Part shown: one piece after another, positions 15,418 through 25,520 of the stretch
Layout of the letters: each line of letters begins with the position of its first letter
Numbering within the stretch: the stretch's first letter is position 1
IMG/VR virus record: IMGVR_UViG_3300020045_002149
Coordinates: 1-34,586 of that record
Strand: one strand, 5' to 3'
Length of the DNA: 34,586 bases
Source of the DNA: a virus
Lineage: Duplodnaviria > Caudoviricetes
Program-made: the position numbers and the translations under genes
The notes under the pieces: model-generated
Databases searched by the model: none
Seen by the model: the letters and a program-made list of their open reading frames with translations, nothing else
Told to the model about the DNA's origin: nothing

Positions 15418-18073
15418 AGGCGAACCGCTAGAGCGGCACGAAACTTTTGCACCGCAGACTGTCGAGGCGTGGCTATTGTCCAGCGTCCAGAAGTTCGAGC
15501 GCCGCGAATCGCCACCGATCACCATTACGATCAACGGCGCCGCTGTAGCCCCCGACGACTGGGCGCTCACGACTTTCCGCCCAGAAGACACCGTGCGCAT
15601 TTACCCGCAGGCTAAAGGTTTGGAAACGGTGTTTTTGGCCGTCCAGGCCGTCGCCGCACTGAAGTTTGTGACCGGCCTTTTTATGCCGAAAATTCCGACC
15701 GTAAACTCAGGCGGGTCGGCGGCGGGAGAGAGGCTTTCGGATGCAGCGGTAAAAGGTAACAGCGCCAAGCTAAACAGCCCTGTTCGCGAAATCGCCGGCC
15801 AATATCCGATTTACCCGGATTACCTGACGCAGACCCGCCGCTACTTTGCCAGTCCGCGAGAACAGGTTATCGAGATGCTGTTGTGTGTCGGCGCCGGCGA
15901 ATACGACATTCCGCTGTCCAGTGTGCTTATCGGAGACACCCCGGTTATCAGCCTGGGCGAAGAGGCGGAGATTAACATTTACCCACCAGGTGCGGACCTT
16001 AGCGGGAACTCGGCAGCGCTTGTCTGGTTCAACTCAAAAGAGGTCGGCGCGACGTCTAACGGAACTGCCGGGATGTCTCTTGTGACAACCACGCCAGTTG
16101 ACCCCGTGGCCACTGCTTCCGCCTATGAGTTCAACACCTTCACCGTCACGATCCCGACCGGTGCCGGGGAGTTCCCCGACGGCTGGGCGTCCGGCATGAT
16201 TGCTGTAATAGACGTCCGTTATCCGTATACCGTTACCGATGGCGGCGCTGGACTGCGCGACATCATTACGGGGGACATGGATCAGCTAGGATTCGCTCCG
16301 GGCGATCTGATCGAGATCGCAGGACCAAACGCCGGCCTATTTATCGTTGACACCATAACGCCCGGCCTTTCCGGCACCCTCACATTAAATTATGAAGACG
16401 GCAGCCCGGCCACTGCGCTTGCTCTCGGCTCGCTAAATATGTGCATAGGCTGGCGCGGCTTTCGATACCGCCTAACTGCAGCAAGCCTGACTACGATTAC
16501 CGTAGAGCGGCTCGAAACGAGCGGCGTCACCGATACTGCATGGACAGGCTTCTCGCTACTGTCTACCACTACTGCGAGCATCTCGCTGGACGAAAGCAGC
16601 GCCGATGGCGACTGGCTAGGCCCTTTTGTTGCGTGCCCCGATGGCGAAGTGACGAACACCTTAGAGATAGACTTTATGTGCCCGAGCGGGCTGGTGAATA
16701 TCAGCCCAACAACCGGAGGACTGTTCGCGTACACGGTTAACGCAGAAATCCAGTACCGCGATTACTCGACAGCTGGCGCGTGGACCAGCGTCTCGAAAAC
16801 TTACCGCGAAAAGACGCTTAACCAGATCGGCTTCACCGAGGAGATCATACTGCCATCATACTTTCAGCCGGAGGTCAGAGTCCGCAGGATCGGAGCGAAG
16901 TCTACAAGCACTAGCGTACAGGATGAAATCCAATGGTACGGACTTCGCGCACGCCTAGCAGACTGCGATAGTTACCCAGACTTTACGACGCTATCGCTGC
17001 GAATCCGGACCGGCGATAGGCTCGGCGCCCAGTCCGAGAACTTGGTATCCGTTCGCCCGAAGCGCAAGTTGCCGTTATGGAATGGCTCAGCCTGGTCGGC
17101 GCCAACGGCCACTCGCAGCATCGCGCCATGGGTCGCGCATATCGCTAAGTCGGTCGGTTACACCGATGACGATATTGACTTGGCCGAACTGCACCGCCTT
17201 GGCGACATATGGGACACGCGCGGCGACTATTACGACGACGCGATCAACGACCGCACGACAGTCAAGGCTGCGATGAATGATGCCCTGGCAGCCGGATTCG
17301 CAGAGCTGACGATTAACCGAGGCTTGATCACCCCCGTGCGCGACGAGCCGCGAACTGTATTCGAACAGGCTTACAGCCCACAGAACATGACGACGCCGCT
17401 GGTGCGCCAATTCTCTTCGACTGACGTTGACGACTTTGACGGCGTTGACGTTGAATACTTCGACGCCATATCTCGGCAATGGGTAACGGTCGAATGTCGA
17501 TTACCTGGCGATCTCGGCCAGCGTGTCGAGAAAATGCGCATTGCAGGCGTGACCGATCAGACCCGCGCTTGGCGCATCGGTATGCGTCGGCGCCGCACGC
17601 AGCGCTATCGTCGGTGGATTTACAAATACGACACCGAACTCGACGCGATGAACAGCGGATACCTGTCTTATGTGCCGCTGTTGGATGATGTGCCTGGCTA
17701 CGGCCAAAGCGCTATTCTCGACGGCTACTTGGTGTCCGGGAGCGGCGCTCTGCTGGTGTCCTCCGAACCTTTGGACTGGTCGGCCGGAGGCGAACACGTT
17801 GTCGGCCTGCGCCGCCCGGACGGCACGCTAAGCGGCCCCTTCACCGCCACGCGAGTTGACGACTACCGCTTGACAATTGCGACGCTGCCTGACTTCGACC
17901 CGAACTTGACGTGGGACATCGAACCGCCCCACCTGTACTTCGGACCGCTCGTCCGCTGGTGCTTCCCGGCCCTTATCACGGAGGTGGCGCCCACGGGTAA
18001 AGTGGGCTGCAGTGTGACGGCGATCAACTATGACGCTCGCGTTTATCTTGACGATGACAACTCGCCACCATAG
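15386..18073 (+). CDS. Tail tip/host specificity protein (lambda J-like)
   Basis: ~895 aa from GTG 15386; RE.AG....YPDY, DGVDVEY.D, A.NYDARVY..D. Confidence 0.88.
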   Translation: MTVLVFPSQLEGEPLERHETFAPQTVEAWLLSSVQKFERRESPPITITINGAAVAPDDWALTTFRPEDTVRIYPQAKGLETVFLAVQAVAALKFVTGLFMPKIPTVNSGGSAAGERLSDAAVKGNSAKLNSPVREIAGQYPIYPDYLTQTRRYFASPREQVIEMLLCVGAGEYDIPLSSVLIGDTPVISLGEEAEINIYPPGADLSGNSAALVWFNSKEVGATSNGTAGMSLVTTTPVDPVATASAYEFNTFTVTIPTGAGEFPDGWASGMIAVIDVRYPYTVTDGGAGLRDIITGDMDQLGFAPGDLIEIAGPNAGLFIVDTITPGLSGTLTLNYEDGSPATALALGSLNMCIGWRGFRYRLTAASLTTITVERLETSGVTDTAWTGFSLLSTTTASISLDESSADGDWLGPFVACPDGEVTNTLEIDFMCPSGLVNISPTTGGLFAYTVNAEIQYRDYSTAGAWTSVSKTYREKTLNQIGFTEEIILPSYFQPEVRVRRIGAKSTSTSVQDEIQWYGLRARLADCDSYPDFTTLSLRIRTGDRLGAQSENLVSVRPKRKLPLWNGSAWSAPTATRSIAPWVAHIAKSVGYTDDDIDLAELHRLGDIWDTRGDYYDDAINDRTTVKAAMNDALAAGFAELTINRGLITPVRDEPRTVFEQAYSPQNMTTPLVRQFSSTDVDDFDGVDVEYFDAISRQWVTVECRLPGDLGQRVEKMRIAGVTDQTRAWRIGMRRRRTQRYRRWIYKYDTELDAMNSGYLSYVPLLDDVPGYGQSAILDGYLVSGSGALLVSSEPLDWSAGGEHVVGLRRPDGTLSGPFTATRVDDYRLTIATLPDFDPNLTWDIEPPHLYFGPLVRWCFPALITEVAPTGKVGCSVTAINYDARVYLDDDNSPP

Positions 18074-18113
18074 CGGGTATCCTTGCCGCTAACTTATGGG
18101 CTGGGGATTTGAG

Positions 18114-18479
18114 ATGGACAGACTAGGCGAGGCCATTTTGGCCGTCTTGCTTGGCCTACTGGCGGGGATGCAACCACACGCAGCCGCCGGGGCTGCGGTG
18201 GGGTGTTTCTTCTTCCTGGCGTCACCGGCCAGCACGAACCGCAAACAGCGCTTGCTGTTGGCGGTTTTTTCGTTTGGGATCGGGTACGCCGCGGGCATTT
18301 TTGCCTACAGTAACGAGAAGTCGATGCTGGTCGCGGGGAGCGTTTCGGCTCTGGCGGCTGTCATATGGACAGGGCTACACCGAATGGCGGCGGCTGATGG
18401 CCCTCTGCCACAATGGGTCAAGGATACCCTCGGCTTTATTCCGATGATCCGCCGCAAGGGGCCTGATGATGGACCTTAA
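18114..18479 (+). CDS. Putative holin 1
   Basis: Several hydrophobic segments; first gene of the lysis cassette. Confidence 0.7.
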   Translation: MDRLGEAILAVLLGLLAGMQPHAAAGAAVGCFFFLASPASTNRKQRLLLAVFSFGIGYAAGIFAYSNEKSMLVAGSVSALAAVIWTGLHRMAAADGPLPQWVKDTLGFIPMIRRKGPDDGP

Positions 18480-18783
18480 CGAATTCTTCCAGGGGGCCCG
18501 CTTGCTGGCCCACATTCTGACAATGCTTATCGTCGCGGGTTACTGCCCCGACCTCGACACCAACAAGCGCCCCGGCGTGAGTCTCTTCGCCGTTGTCATA
18601 GCCGGCGGCTCCGCGGGCCTCGCAATGAGCACCGCGCTTAGTTGGTCCACCTGGCTGGCACTGCCGACCGCAGGGCACGTCTTCCTGGCGCTGGTGTTCG
18701 GCGCGCTTCTCATTCCTATCATCGCCGGTCGCGGCAACGTGGCCAGTCTATTTCCTCGCAAACCGTGGAGCACCAGACCGTGA
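18466..18783 (+). CDS. Putative holin 2
   Basis: Three TM segments; RPGVSLFA and RGNVA motifs. Confidence 0.75.
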   Translation: MMDLNEFFQGARLLAHILTMLIVAGYCPDLDTNKRPGVSLFAVVIAGGSAGLAMSTALSWSTWLALPTAGHVFLALVFGALLIPIIAGRGNVASLFPRKPWSTRP

Positions 18784-19259
18784 GACCTAACTGGCTGGCC
18801 GAAGCAGAGAAGTTCATTGGCCTGCAGGAAACCGCCGGCGGCGCCAGTAATCCGCAGATTGTGCAATTCTGGAAGGACATTAAGCGCGGCGGGATCAAAG
18901 ACGACGCAACGCCGTGGTGCGCTGCCTTCGTCGGCGCCATGCTTGAACGGTCGGGCGTCCGGTCTAGCCGCTTCGAGTCGGCCAAGTCGTACCTTGACTG
19001 GGGGCAACTGCTGGCGCTGCCGGTGCCCGGTTGCGTGGTTGTATTCACGCGCGAAGGTGGCGGCCATGTGGGCTTCGCGGTCGGGCGCGATAAGGCCGGC
19101 AATCTGCTGGTGCTGGGGGGCAACCAAGGCGATGCGGTGAACGTGAAGGCTTTCCCGGTGTCGCGAGTGACCGGCTACCGCTGGCCGGCAAACCTGGCCG
19201 CCCCTGCTACGCCTTTGCCTGTCCTGAGTGCTGCGCAACTCTCTGAGCGTGAAGCGTGA
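18780..19259 (+). CDS. Endolysin, TIGR02594/NlpC-P60-like
   Basis: DD.TPWCAAFV, GGGHVGF, LGGNQ.D.V, GYRWP. Confidence 0.9.
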   Translation: MRPNWLAEAEKFIGLQETAGGASNPQIVQFWKDIKRGGIKDDATPWCAAFVGAMLERSGVRSSRFESAKSYLDWGQLLALPVPGCVVVFTREGGGHVGFAVGRDKAGNLLVLGGNQGDAVNVKAFPVSRVTGYRWPANLAAPATPLPVLSAAQLSEREA

Positions 19260-19675
19260 GCGGCTTGCTCGCCTTGATCCCCCTGGTCGGCGGGATCATC
19301 GACAAGGTGTTCCCCGACGCCGACGCCGCGGCCAGTGCAAAGCTTGAGCTGCTGAAGTTAGCACAGTCGGGAGAACTGGCGCAGCTCAACGCCGAGACGA
19401 GCCTCGCGCTCGGTCAGATCGAAGTCAATAAGGTGGAGGCGGCCAGTTCCAGCGTCTTCGTCGCCGGGTGGCGCCCTGGGGCGGGCTGGGTATGTGTTGG
19501 CGGGCTGTGTTACAGCGTTTTAGGCCAGCCCTTGCTGGCCTGGTTGTCGGCGGTAAAGGGCTGGCCGTTGCCTCCAATCGTAAGCGTTGAAGTCCTGATG
19601 GGGTTGCTTACCGGGTTGTTAGGCCTCGGCGGCTATCGAACCGCCGAGAAAATCAAGGGGAAAGCGGCGGGGTAA
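19256..19675 (+). CDS. GTA-holin 3TM-family protein
   Basis: QIEVNK.EA.S.S.FVAGWRP..GW; GLLGLG.YRT.EK.KG. Confidence 0.85.
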   Translation: MSGLLALIPLVGGIIDKVFPDADAAASAKLELLKLAQSGELAQLNAETSLALGQIEVNKVEAASSSVFVAGWRPGAGWVCVGGLCYSVLGQPLLAWLSAVKGWPLPPIVSVEVLMGLLTGLLGLGGYRTAEKIKGKAAG

Positions 19676-19696
19676 CTACCCCGCTTCACTTCTTTT
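19667..19696 (+). terminator. Terminator at the end of the late operon
   Basis: GCGGGGT-AACT-ACCCCGC followed by TTCACTTCTTTT, between convergent genes. Confidence 0.6.
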
Positions 19697-19731
19697 CGCG
19701 GCCCGCACCATGCGAGCGCCGAAGAATTTGC

Positions 19732-20034
19732 TCACTGGGTTTTCTCCTCTTCGAACTGAATCAGCATGTCAATGACGTGCTTCGCCTTGTGCAAGTCCTC
19801 AATACCTCCCTTCTCCCGGAAACGGCTGATGTACTTGATTGCCGTATGCTGGCAGGCGTCTAAGCCGTTTTTCATGCTGTATTCCATCGGCTGAATGGGC
19901 ATGTTTTTGTAATGTCCGCCGCCGACCTGCGTGTCTAACGCTTTAGGCTCTACACTTTGACCTTTGCAGGATCGGCAAGCGCTACCGGCCTGCAGCATCT
20001 CCCCACAGCCTCTACATTCAACTCTTCTAGCCAT
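19732..20034 (-). CDS. DUF3310 (T7 gp1.7-like nucleotide kinase) with N-terminal Zn ribbon
   Basis: QVGG.HYK...IQP.EY, IKYISR...KGGIEDL.KA; two CxxC. Confidence 0.85.
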   Translation of the reverse strand: MARRVECRGCGEMLQAGSACRSCKGQSVEPKALDTQVGGGHYKNMPIQPMEYSMKNGLDACQHTAIKYISRFREKGGIEDLHKAKHVIDMLIQFEEEKTQ

Positions 20035-21431
20035 TATGCTGCATCCTCTTCGATTGGGTTAAATCCGTTATCTCGCATCGCGCGTAACAGAATGTCTTGG
20101 ATCTCTCGTTTGGTTTGCAGGCGCTCCAACACCAATTCGTCCACGGTGTCCGCGGCCAAGATGAAATGGTGGAACACGGGGCGGTTATGGCCGGCCTGCA
20201 ACTGACGCACGGGGCCGTTACGCTCGATGATCTGTTGGTGCTCTTCCAAGTTCCAATTGACGCTGAAGAACACCAGGATGTTGCCCCCGTCCTGCAGGTT
20301 CAAACCGTGCCCTGCACTGGCCGGGTGGGCGAACATGATCGGGATCTCTCCGGCATTCCACGCGTCGATCGTCTCAGGCTTCTTGTCTAGGTGTCGTCCT
20401 TGTGGGAAACGCGCCAGGAGTCGCGCCAGATCGCTTTTGAAGTTGTAGGCGACGAGGACCGGCATACCGGCGGCTTCCTCTAGGATTTCCTCCAGTGCGT
20501 TCAGCTTCTCGTCGTGGATCTTCTTCCACTGCGGGCCGCCTTCTACATAGGCTGCGCCTGAGGCGATCTGCAAACACTTCTGCGTCTTCGCCGCCGCGTT
20601 CAGCGCTTCGATCTGCGAACCTTCCAGGTCCATGAACATCTGCTTTTCCATGTTCTTGTAGAGGACGCGCGCGGCCGGCGGCAGCTCTACGCGGATCACG
20701 TTCACGATCGGCTCTTTGAGGTCGAACCAGTCCGCTGCGTCAATCGTGATACACACGTCGCCAAGTGCCTTCTGGATCTGCTCCTGTGCTTGGTCGGTCG
20801 CCTCTACGCCGAACCCGGTATGTGAAGCGCGGAACCAGCGTTGCTTGAAAGCGTCATAGGTGCGGCCGAGACGATCGCCCTTATCAACAAACCACATCTG
20901 ACCCCAAAGGTCTTGGAGGCCGTTAGGGCTCGGCGTACCAGTTAGCAGAATGATCCGCTTGATCTTGGTATGCGCAACGCGGGCAAGCGCTTTGGCGCGG
21001 CGAGTACCCTGGCGCAGCCGAAAGCCTTTGAGCTTGGTCGCTTCGTCGACTACCACTGTGCGGAACGGCCACTTGTCGCCGAGGTGCTCGACCAGCCATT
21101 CGATCTGCTCAAAGTTCACCGTGTAGACATCAGCCTTGATGCGCAAAGCCGCCTGCCGATCCTTGAGTGCGCCGCAGATCGTCACGACGCGGCGATGCTT
21201 AAGGTGGTTCCACTTCTGGTACTCCTGAGGCCATGTGGTGCGGGCAACGCGTAGGGGCGCAATGACGAGAATCGGGTAGACATCCTCGGTCAGCGTCAAG
21301 TCTTCCAGCGCCGTGGCCGTGCTTACACTTTTGCCAAGCCCCATGCCCGCCCACACAGCAATGCGCTTGGTCGCGTGGATCGCGGACATGATGAGATCTT
21401 GGTATTTGTGCGGTCTGTAATCAATTGCCAT
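20034..21431 (-). CDS. SNF2-family helicase
   Basis: MGLGKS, VVDEA, LTGTP, SAGHGLNLQ. Confidence 0.95.
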   Translation of the reverse strand: MAIDYRPHKYQDLIMSAIHATKRIAVWAGMGLGKSVSTATALEDLTLTEDVYPILVIAPLRVARTTWPQEYQKWNHLKHRRVVTICGALKDRQAALRIKADVYTVNFEQIEWLVEHLGDKWPFRTVVVDEATKLKGFRLRQGTRRAKALARVAHTKIKRIILLTGTPSPNGLQDLWGQMWFVDKGDRLGRTYDAFKQRWFRASHTGFGVEATDQAQEQIQKALGDVCITIDAADWFDLKEPIVNVIRVELPPAARVLYKNMEKQMFMDLEGSQIEALNAAAKTQKCLQIASGAAYVEGGPQWKKIHDEKLNALEEILEEAAGMPVLVAYNFKSDLARLLARFPQGRHLDKKPETIDAWNAGEIPIMFAHPASAGHGLNLQDGGNILVFFSVNWNLEEHQQIIERNGPVRQLQAGHNRPVFHHFILAADTVDELVLERLQTKREIQDILLRAMRDNGFNPIEEDAA

Positions 21432-21604
21432 TAGACAAGATCCGAAAAGTCATCAGGGATAGGTTCGGCGTCTTCTTGGGAAAGATCCTCGAAGTCTGAG
21501 ACATCCGCCGAGCGCTTAGGAGTGTTTCGCACGTAAGGCCGACTTGGAAACCATTCGCCGCGGTCGACCGCCAGGTTCATGTAGTAATCCGCCATGCTTC
21601 CCAT
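21431..21604 (-). CDS. Small acidic hypothetical protein
   Basis: MGSMADYY start coupled to the VRR-NUC stop; stop coupled to the helicase start. Confidence 0.65.
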   Translation of the reverse strand: MGSMADYYMNLAVDRGEWFPSRPYVRNTPKRSADVSDFEDLSQEDAEPIPDDFSDLV

Positions 21605-21921
21605 CAGCAAACCACCTTGAATTCTTCGTCGACCCACACTTTTTCTTTCATGAACAAATTGCCCATGATCCCCTCTACCCCCTCTTTGCTATCCAGCCAA
21701 ACCACTTCGGCACCCGCGGCACGCCGACGCTCATGGTCTCTCACTTGTGCAGGAGTAGGGCGCGCCCCGGTCGCTTTCAGCTCAACGAACAACACGCGAC
21801 CCCTGAAGGTGATCAACCGATCAGGCACCGAACGGCGCTGGGGGCTGGTGAACTTGTCGCAAAGCGCGCCAATCTCTTTGCAGCGCTTGACAAGGTACGC
21901 TTCGATATCGCGTTCTAGCAT
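21604..21921 (-). CDS. VRR-NUC nuclease
   Basis: ERDIE, KF.SP....VPDR, FVELK. Confidence 0.9.
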   Translation of the reverse strand: MLERDIEAYLVKRCKEIGALCDKFTSPQRRSVPDRLITFRGRVLFVELKATGARPTPAQVRDHERRRAAGAEVVWLDSKEGVEGIMGNLFMKEKVWVDEEFKVVC

Positions 21922-22151
21922 GGCTCTATCTCCGAACTCGGCAAAGGTGCCCATCCGAAAGGATCGATGGCCGACGTGGACTGTGTGCGGCTGTTGCCGC
22001 ACCACTCAGCCCATTTCCCTTCGTGAAAACGACACTCTTGCCATTTGGTACCACATGGCGTATAGCGCCCTAATTCTCGAACGTAACCGAACATCTGACA
22101 CTTGATCAGAATTCGCGTGCCGTCTCTTGGTGCCGTGCTCATGTCGAACAT
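21915..22151 (-). CDS. Hypothetical protein (TAPRDGT motif)
   Basis: TAPRDGT.IL...W.PLP; strong AGAGGAG RBS. Confidence 0.75.
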   Translation of the reverse strand: MFDMSTAPRDGTRILIKCQMFGYVRELGRYTPCGTKWQECRFHEGKWAEWCGNSRTQSTSAIDPFGWAPLPSSEIEPC

Positions 22152-22176
22152 ATTTGCTCTCCTCTAGATGTACGCA

Positions 22177-22205
22177 AGCTTATGCAAGATTCGACTTGTA
22201 GTCAA
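22177..22205 (-). promoter_or_regulatory. Sigma70 promoter
   Basis: TTGACT-17 bp-TAAGCT. Confidence 0.75.
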
Positions 22206-23230
22206 CCTTTCCGGTAGCGATACGCTTCGAAGCCGGCTGCGGCGAGCGGTAAGCCTTCTGTCCAGTCGCAACCGGCGGACATCAGTTCGGCCAGGTGTTC
22301 GTGCGTGTAGTCGTCGGTGTCCGGCGCTTCGCTGATGATCTCGTCGTGGACGGTCAGCACGATTTCGTAACCGGCTTTCTCGATATCCGGCATCCGATAG
22401 GCCAACACATCCCGCGCACTGGCCTGCGTCACGTTTTCCGCCAGCTTGCCAGAGTAGGTGCGCAGCCGTTCCCATTTGCGGCTGTACTGGTTGATCCCCA
22501 TGTACGTGATCTGCCCGTCGTCCTCAACGCGAGGCGATGGGTAGCAGAGATAGCGCCCGCTCGGCAGCATGACGCGCAGCCAAGCGCCATCACGGCGGAT
22601 CTTGTGGCGACGGCACGTCAGGGTGCGGCCGGGGTTGTTGATCGCGTCGCGACAAGCGTTCTCCAGTTCCTTCCAGTAGGTTACGGTCTGCGGATGTGCT
22701 TCACGCCAGAGACGCTTAAAGGACTCGCAGACGATGAACGCCTCTTCTGACAGGCCGTAAGTGCTCTTGCCCTGGCTGATGTGCCATTCCATGAAGTCGC
22801 GCGCTTCGCGCAGCATGGCCGCCGGGATCGCGTCCCATGCGTTTTTCGCCATCAGCTCCAAGTCGATGTTGAAGGCAAGCGAGAAGGTGATAAACGCGCC
22901 TACGCCCCCGGCGTAACCCAATGCGAGTTCCATGGTCTTGCCGATCTGCCGCATGGTGTCGTCAACGTCTTCAGGCGAGCAGCCGAACGCCTTGGCGTAG
23001 GCCAAGATGTAAAGGTCGAAACCCTTACGGATCGGCTTCTGCTTTTTGTCGTCCCAGCCGATCACCGTATCAAAGTCGCGGAACGCTTGGAGCTTCCACT
23101 CTTCACCGGCCAGCCAAGCGAGCTTACGCCCCTCGATGTTTGAGAGGTCGGCAACGACCAGCTTCTTACCCTTCGGCGCGATCACACAGCCGCGCGTGGC
23201 GCTGCTGCAGGCTTCCATAACGGTTGTCAT
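22202..23230 (-). CDS. Family A DNA polymerase, C-terminal catalytic part
   Basis: Motif A DLSNIEGR, motif [14 protein letters not shown], motif C VHDE. Confidence 0.95.
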   Translation of the reverse strand: MTTVMEACSSATRGCVIAPKGKKLVVADLSNIEGRKLAWLAGEEWKLQAFRDFDTVIGWDDKKQKPIRKGFDLYILAYAKAFGCSPEDVDDTMRQIGKTMELALGYAGGVGAFITFSLAFNIDLELMAKNAWDAIPAAMLREARDFMEWHISQGKSTYGLSEEAFIVCESFKRLWREAHPQTVTYWKELENACRDAINNPGRTLTCRRHKIRRDGAWLRVMLPSGRYLCYPSPRVEDDGQITYMGINQYSRKWERLRTYSGKLAENVTQASARDVLAYRMPDIEKAGYEIVLTVHDEIISEAPDTDDYTHEHLAELMSAGCDWTEGLPLAAAGFEAYRYRKG

Positions 23231-23985
23231 ACGAGGTCTCCATACATCGCGTCTTCGATACGCTTTTGCGCGATGGCGAAGTATTTATCGTCGCGCTCGA
23301 TACCGATGAAGTTGCGGCCGGTATTCGCACACGCCACGCCAGTTGTGCCGCTCCCCATCGTGTTGTCGAGAACCGTTTCACCTTCGTTGGTGTAGGTTCG
23401 GATCAGGTATTCCATTAGGGCGACGGGTTTTTGTGTAGGGTGAATGCCGTCGCGCTGACAGTCAAAATGCAAAACAGAATTTGGGTATCCGGTGAACTCT
23501 TGAATATAGGAGTCTTTGGCGTTAGCTCGGGCTTCGAACGCAGAACCACGATGCCCCTTGGAATTCTTTACTGTTTTCCCAAGCGGTGTAAGGTCCTGAG
23601 GGTTGTAAGTCATACGATTCTTGCACTGGCTTATGTGGCCTGTCTTAGCGGGCGAGAAAACTAAAACGTCTTCGTGCTGTGTCATCGGTTTATTTTTAGC
23701 TTGAGCGAAACCAGCCGGCATGTTTTTACACCACACCCACTGATAGCGAAACCACTCCGGATTAGACATGACGAGAGCGGATGTAAAAGGTTGTCCAGCG
23801 GTTAGCACAACTGCTCCGGAGCTTTTCAATAGGCGCCGGTATTCTGCCCACAACTGGTCGAATGGGATAATCGAATCCCAAGCGCAAGCGGTAGTGCCGT
23901 ACGGCAAATCGCAGAGCACCATATCCACGGAACCCTCCGGGATGAGCTTCATCATTTCCAGGCAATCGCCGTGCATTAAGTTCAT
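23227..23985 (-). CDS. N4/N6 DNA methyltransferase (beta class)
   Basis: [20 protein letters not shown]. Confidence 0.95.
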   Translation of the reverse strand: MNLMHGDCLEMMKLIPEGSVDMVLCDLPYGTTACAWDSIIPFDQLWAEYRRLLKSSGAVVLTAGQPFTSALVMSNPEWFRYQWVWCKNMPAGFAQAKNKPMTQHEDVLVFSPAKTGHISQCKNRMTYNPQDLTPLGKTVKNSKGHRGSAFEARANAKDSYIQEFTGYPNSVLHFDCQRDGIHPTQKPVALMEYLIRTYTNEGETVLDNTMGSGTTGVACANTGRNFIGIERDDKYFAIAQKRIEDAMYGDLV

Positions 23986-25055
23986 ACCAAATCCTCGGCA
24001 TCCGCCTTCAAGGCTTCAATCCACAGTTCTATTTCTTTGTTCTTGATCGTAGGTCTAGCCAGATTCTGGGGCTGCCATAGGCGACCCGCCCACCGTCCCG
24101 TGCGCAACGCGCCACAGAACGCGAGAAGCCCCCGCAGCCTGCCGTCTGCGCTAACGCCATTAAGAACGCGTTTGTACTTTGACACACTGGTCTTGCTGGC
24201 CTGCAGCCGGACGGCCAGCAGTTCGCGCAATTCCACCGGCAAATCGGGGTCATCAATGCGACGCTCCAGGGTGCTGATCTGCAGATCGGGAAGCCCGACC
24301 CCATAAGCCTCTAGGATGTGCTCCAGCATCTTGTCGCGCTGGTTGGCACTCGTTACAGCGCCATCGGTCAAACGCACTGCGTCGGCTGCGTGGATCTTCT
24401 GCGCCCGGTCGCTGGCGCGGATCGCCGCGTGCGCTAAGTCCAGGTCCATCAGGACGCCGCGCTCGTTGATCTTCTGGTCGAGCTGCCACAGTTCGCGTTC
24501 TGCACCGCGGTAGTTCCAGCGCGGCAGCTTCTTATAGATCTCGCGCATCGCCTCGATGTCTAGCCCACCGTAGGCGCGGAAGCGCTGCCACTCTACCGGG
24601 TGCGTGTGCTTCGTGGCCCGGCGTATTTTGCGGCCCTTCGGTTGAGGTTTGCAGAAGAGGGCGATCCAGGTTCTGCCTTCCTTGTCTTTGGCTTTATCGA
24701 CGGCAACGCCGAGAATCGAACACAGCGTCCCGAGTGCGCCCGGCAAAGAATGTGCCATGGCACAGACCATCGTATCGAAGACACGTTCAACAGGAAGCAC
24801 AATGCCAGCCGCGTGGCGCATGACCGTGCGGTCGAAAGCGCTGTTCTGAATGACCACTTCATAACTTTCATCCTCAAGCAATGCGAGCAAGTCGCTTATG
24901 TCTTCATCCCCGTCGCGAATCTCGACGGGCCCATCGCCTACCGCCCACTGCCACATGATGATCTCGGCGTCTTCTGCATAGCGGTGGGTGCCGTTGTTGA
25001 TCGGCGTTTCGCAGTAGGTCTCTGTGTCTAGGAAAATGCAGTTATCGATGTTCAT
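23982..25055 (-). CDS. Family A DNA polymerase, N-terminal part (3'-5' exonuclease and thumb)
   Basis: LDTET, N.AFDR, Y...D exonuclease motifs; INERG; TGRWAGR..QPQNL. Confidence 0.93.
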   Translation of the reverse strand: MNIDNCIFLDTETYCETPINNGTHRYAEDAEIIMWQWAVGDGPVEIRDGDEDISDLLALLEDESYEVVIQNSAFDRTVMRHAAGIVLPVERVFDTMVCAMAHSLPGALGTLCSILGVAVDKAKDKEGRTWIALFCKPQPKGRKIRRATKHTHPVEWQRFRAYGGLDIEAMREIYKKLPRWNYRGAERELWQLDQKINERGVLMDLDLAHAAIRASDRAQKIHAADAVRLTDGAVTSANQRDKMLEHILEAYGVGLPDLQISTLERRIDDPDLPVELRELLAVRLQASKTSVSKYKRVLNGVSADGRLRGLLAFCGALRTGRWAGRLWQPQNLARPTIKNKEIELWIEALKADAEDLV

Positions 25056-25354
25056 AGGTCAGCGGCTTCTAGCAGCTTGGCGACTTGCTCTTCCAGAATT
25101 GATAGGCGCTGCTTTGTCTTTCCTTTGCGCGCTTCGACAAGGTTCCGCAGGTGCTCTACTTCTTGTGTCTTGCGCTTGCCGTAGTTTTTGGCTTCGGCCA
25201 GGTCGCGCCCAAGGGTCTTGTTCTGCCCCATCAGCCAAAGCGCGAAGTTATAAACGACTTCAGCGTCCGATGAACCGACCGGCCGCATGTCCAGCTCGTC
25301 CAGTTGTCGGCGCACACGTTCGGCCAAGTGGGTCCAAGTTATTTGCTCTGCCAT
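25052..25354 (-). CDS. Hypothetical coiled-coil protein
   Basis: AAGGAG RBS; ATGA overlap with the polymerase gene. Confidence 0.7.
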   Translation of the reverse strand: MAEQITWTHLAERVRRQLDELDMRPVGSSDAEVVYNFALWLMGQNKTLGRDLAEAKNYGKRKTQEVEHLRNLVEARKGKTKQRLSILEEQVAKLLEAADL

Positions 25355-25520
25355 CTCAATTCTCCTTCATGCGCCGGGCAATGCCCTTTATTAGCGCGGT
25401 GCGTTCCCACGATACGTGGCGCGTTATGGTCTTCCACGGTAGCCCCAAGCAGTACAGCTCATACGCGAAGGCCAGGTCGGCCAGGGGGTATCGCTTTGAG
25501 GTTGCGGCCTCCTTCGGATT

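Noticed and set aside
23227-23985. Group I intron, intein or ribosomal bypass in the polymerase
   Set aside because: No non-coding flanks or intein motifs; the matching GTA codon at the far junction is followed by a stop in that frame
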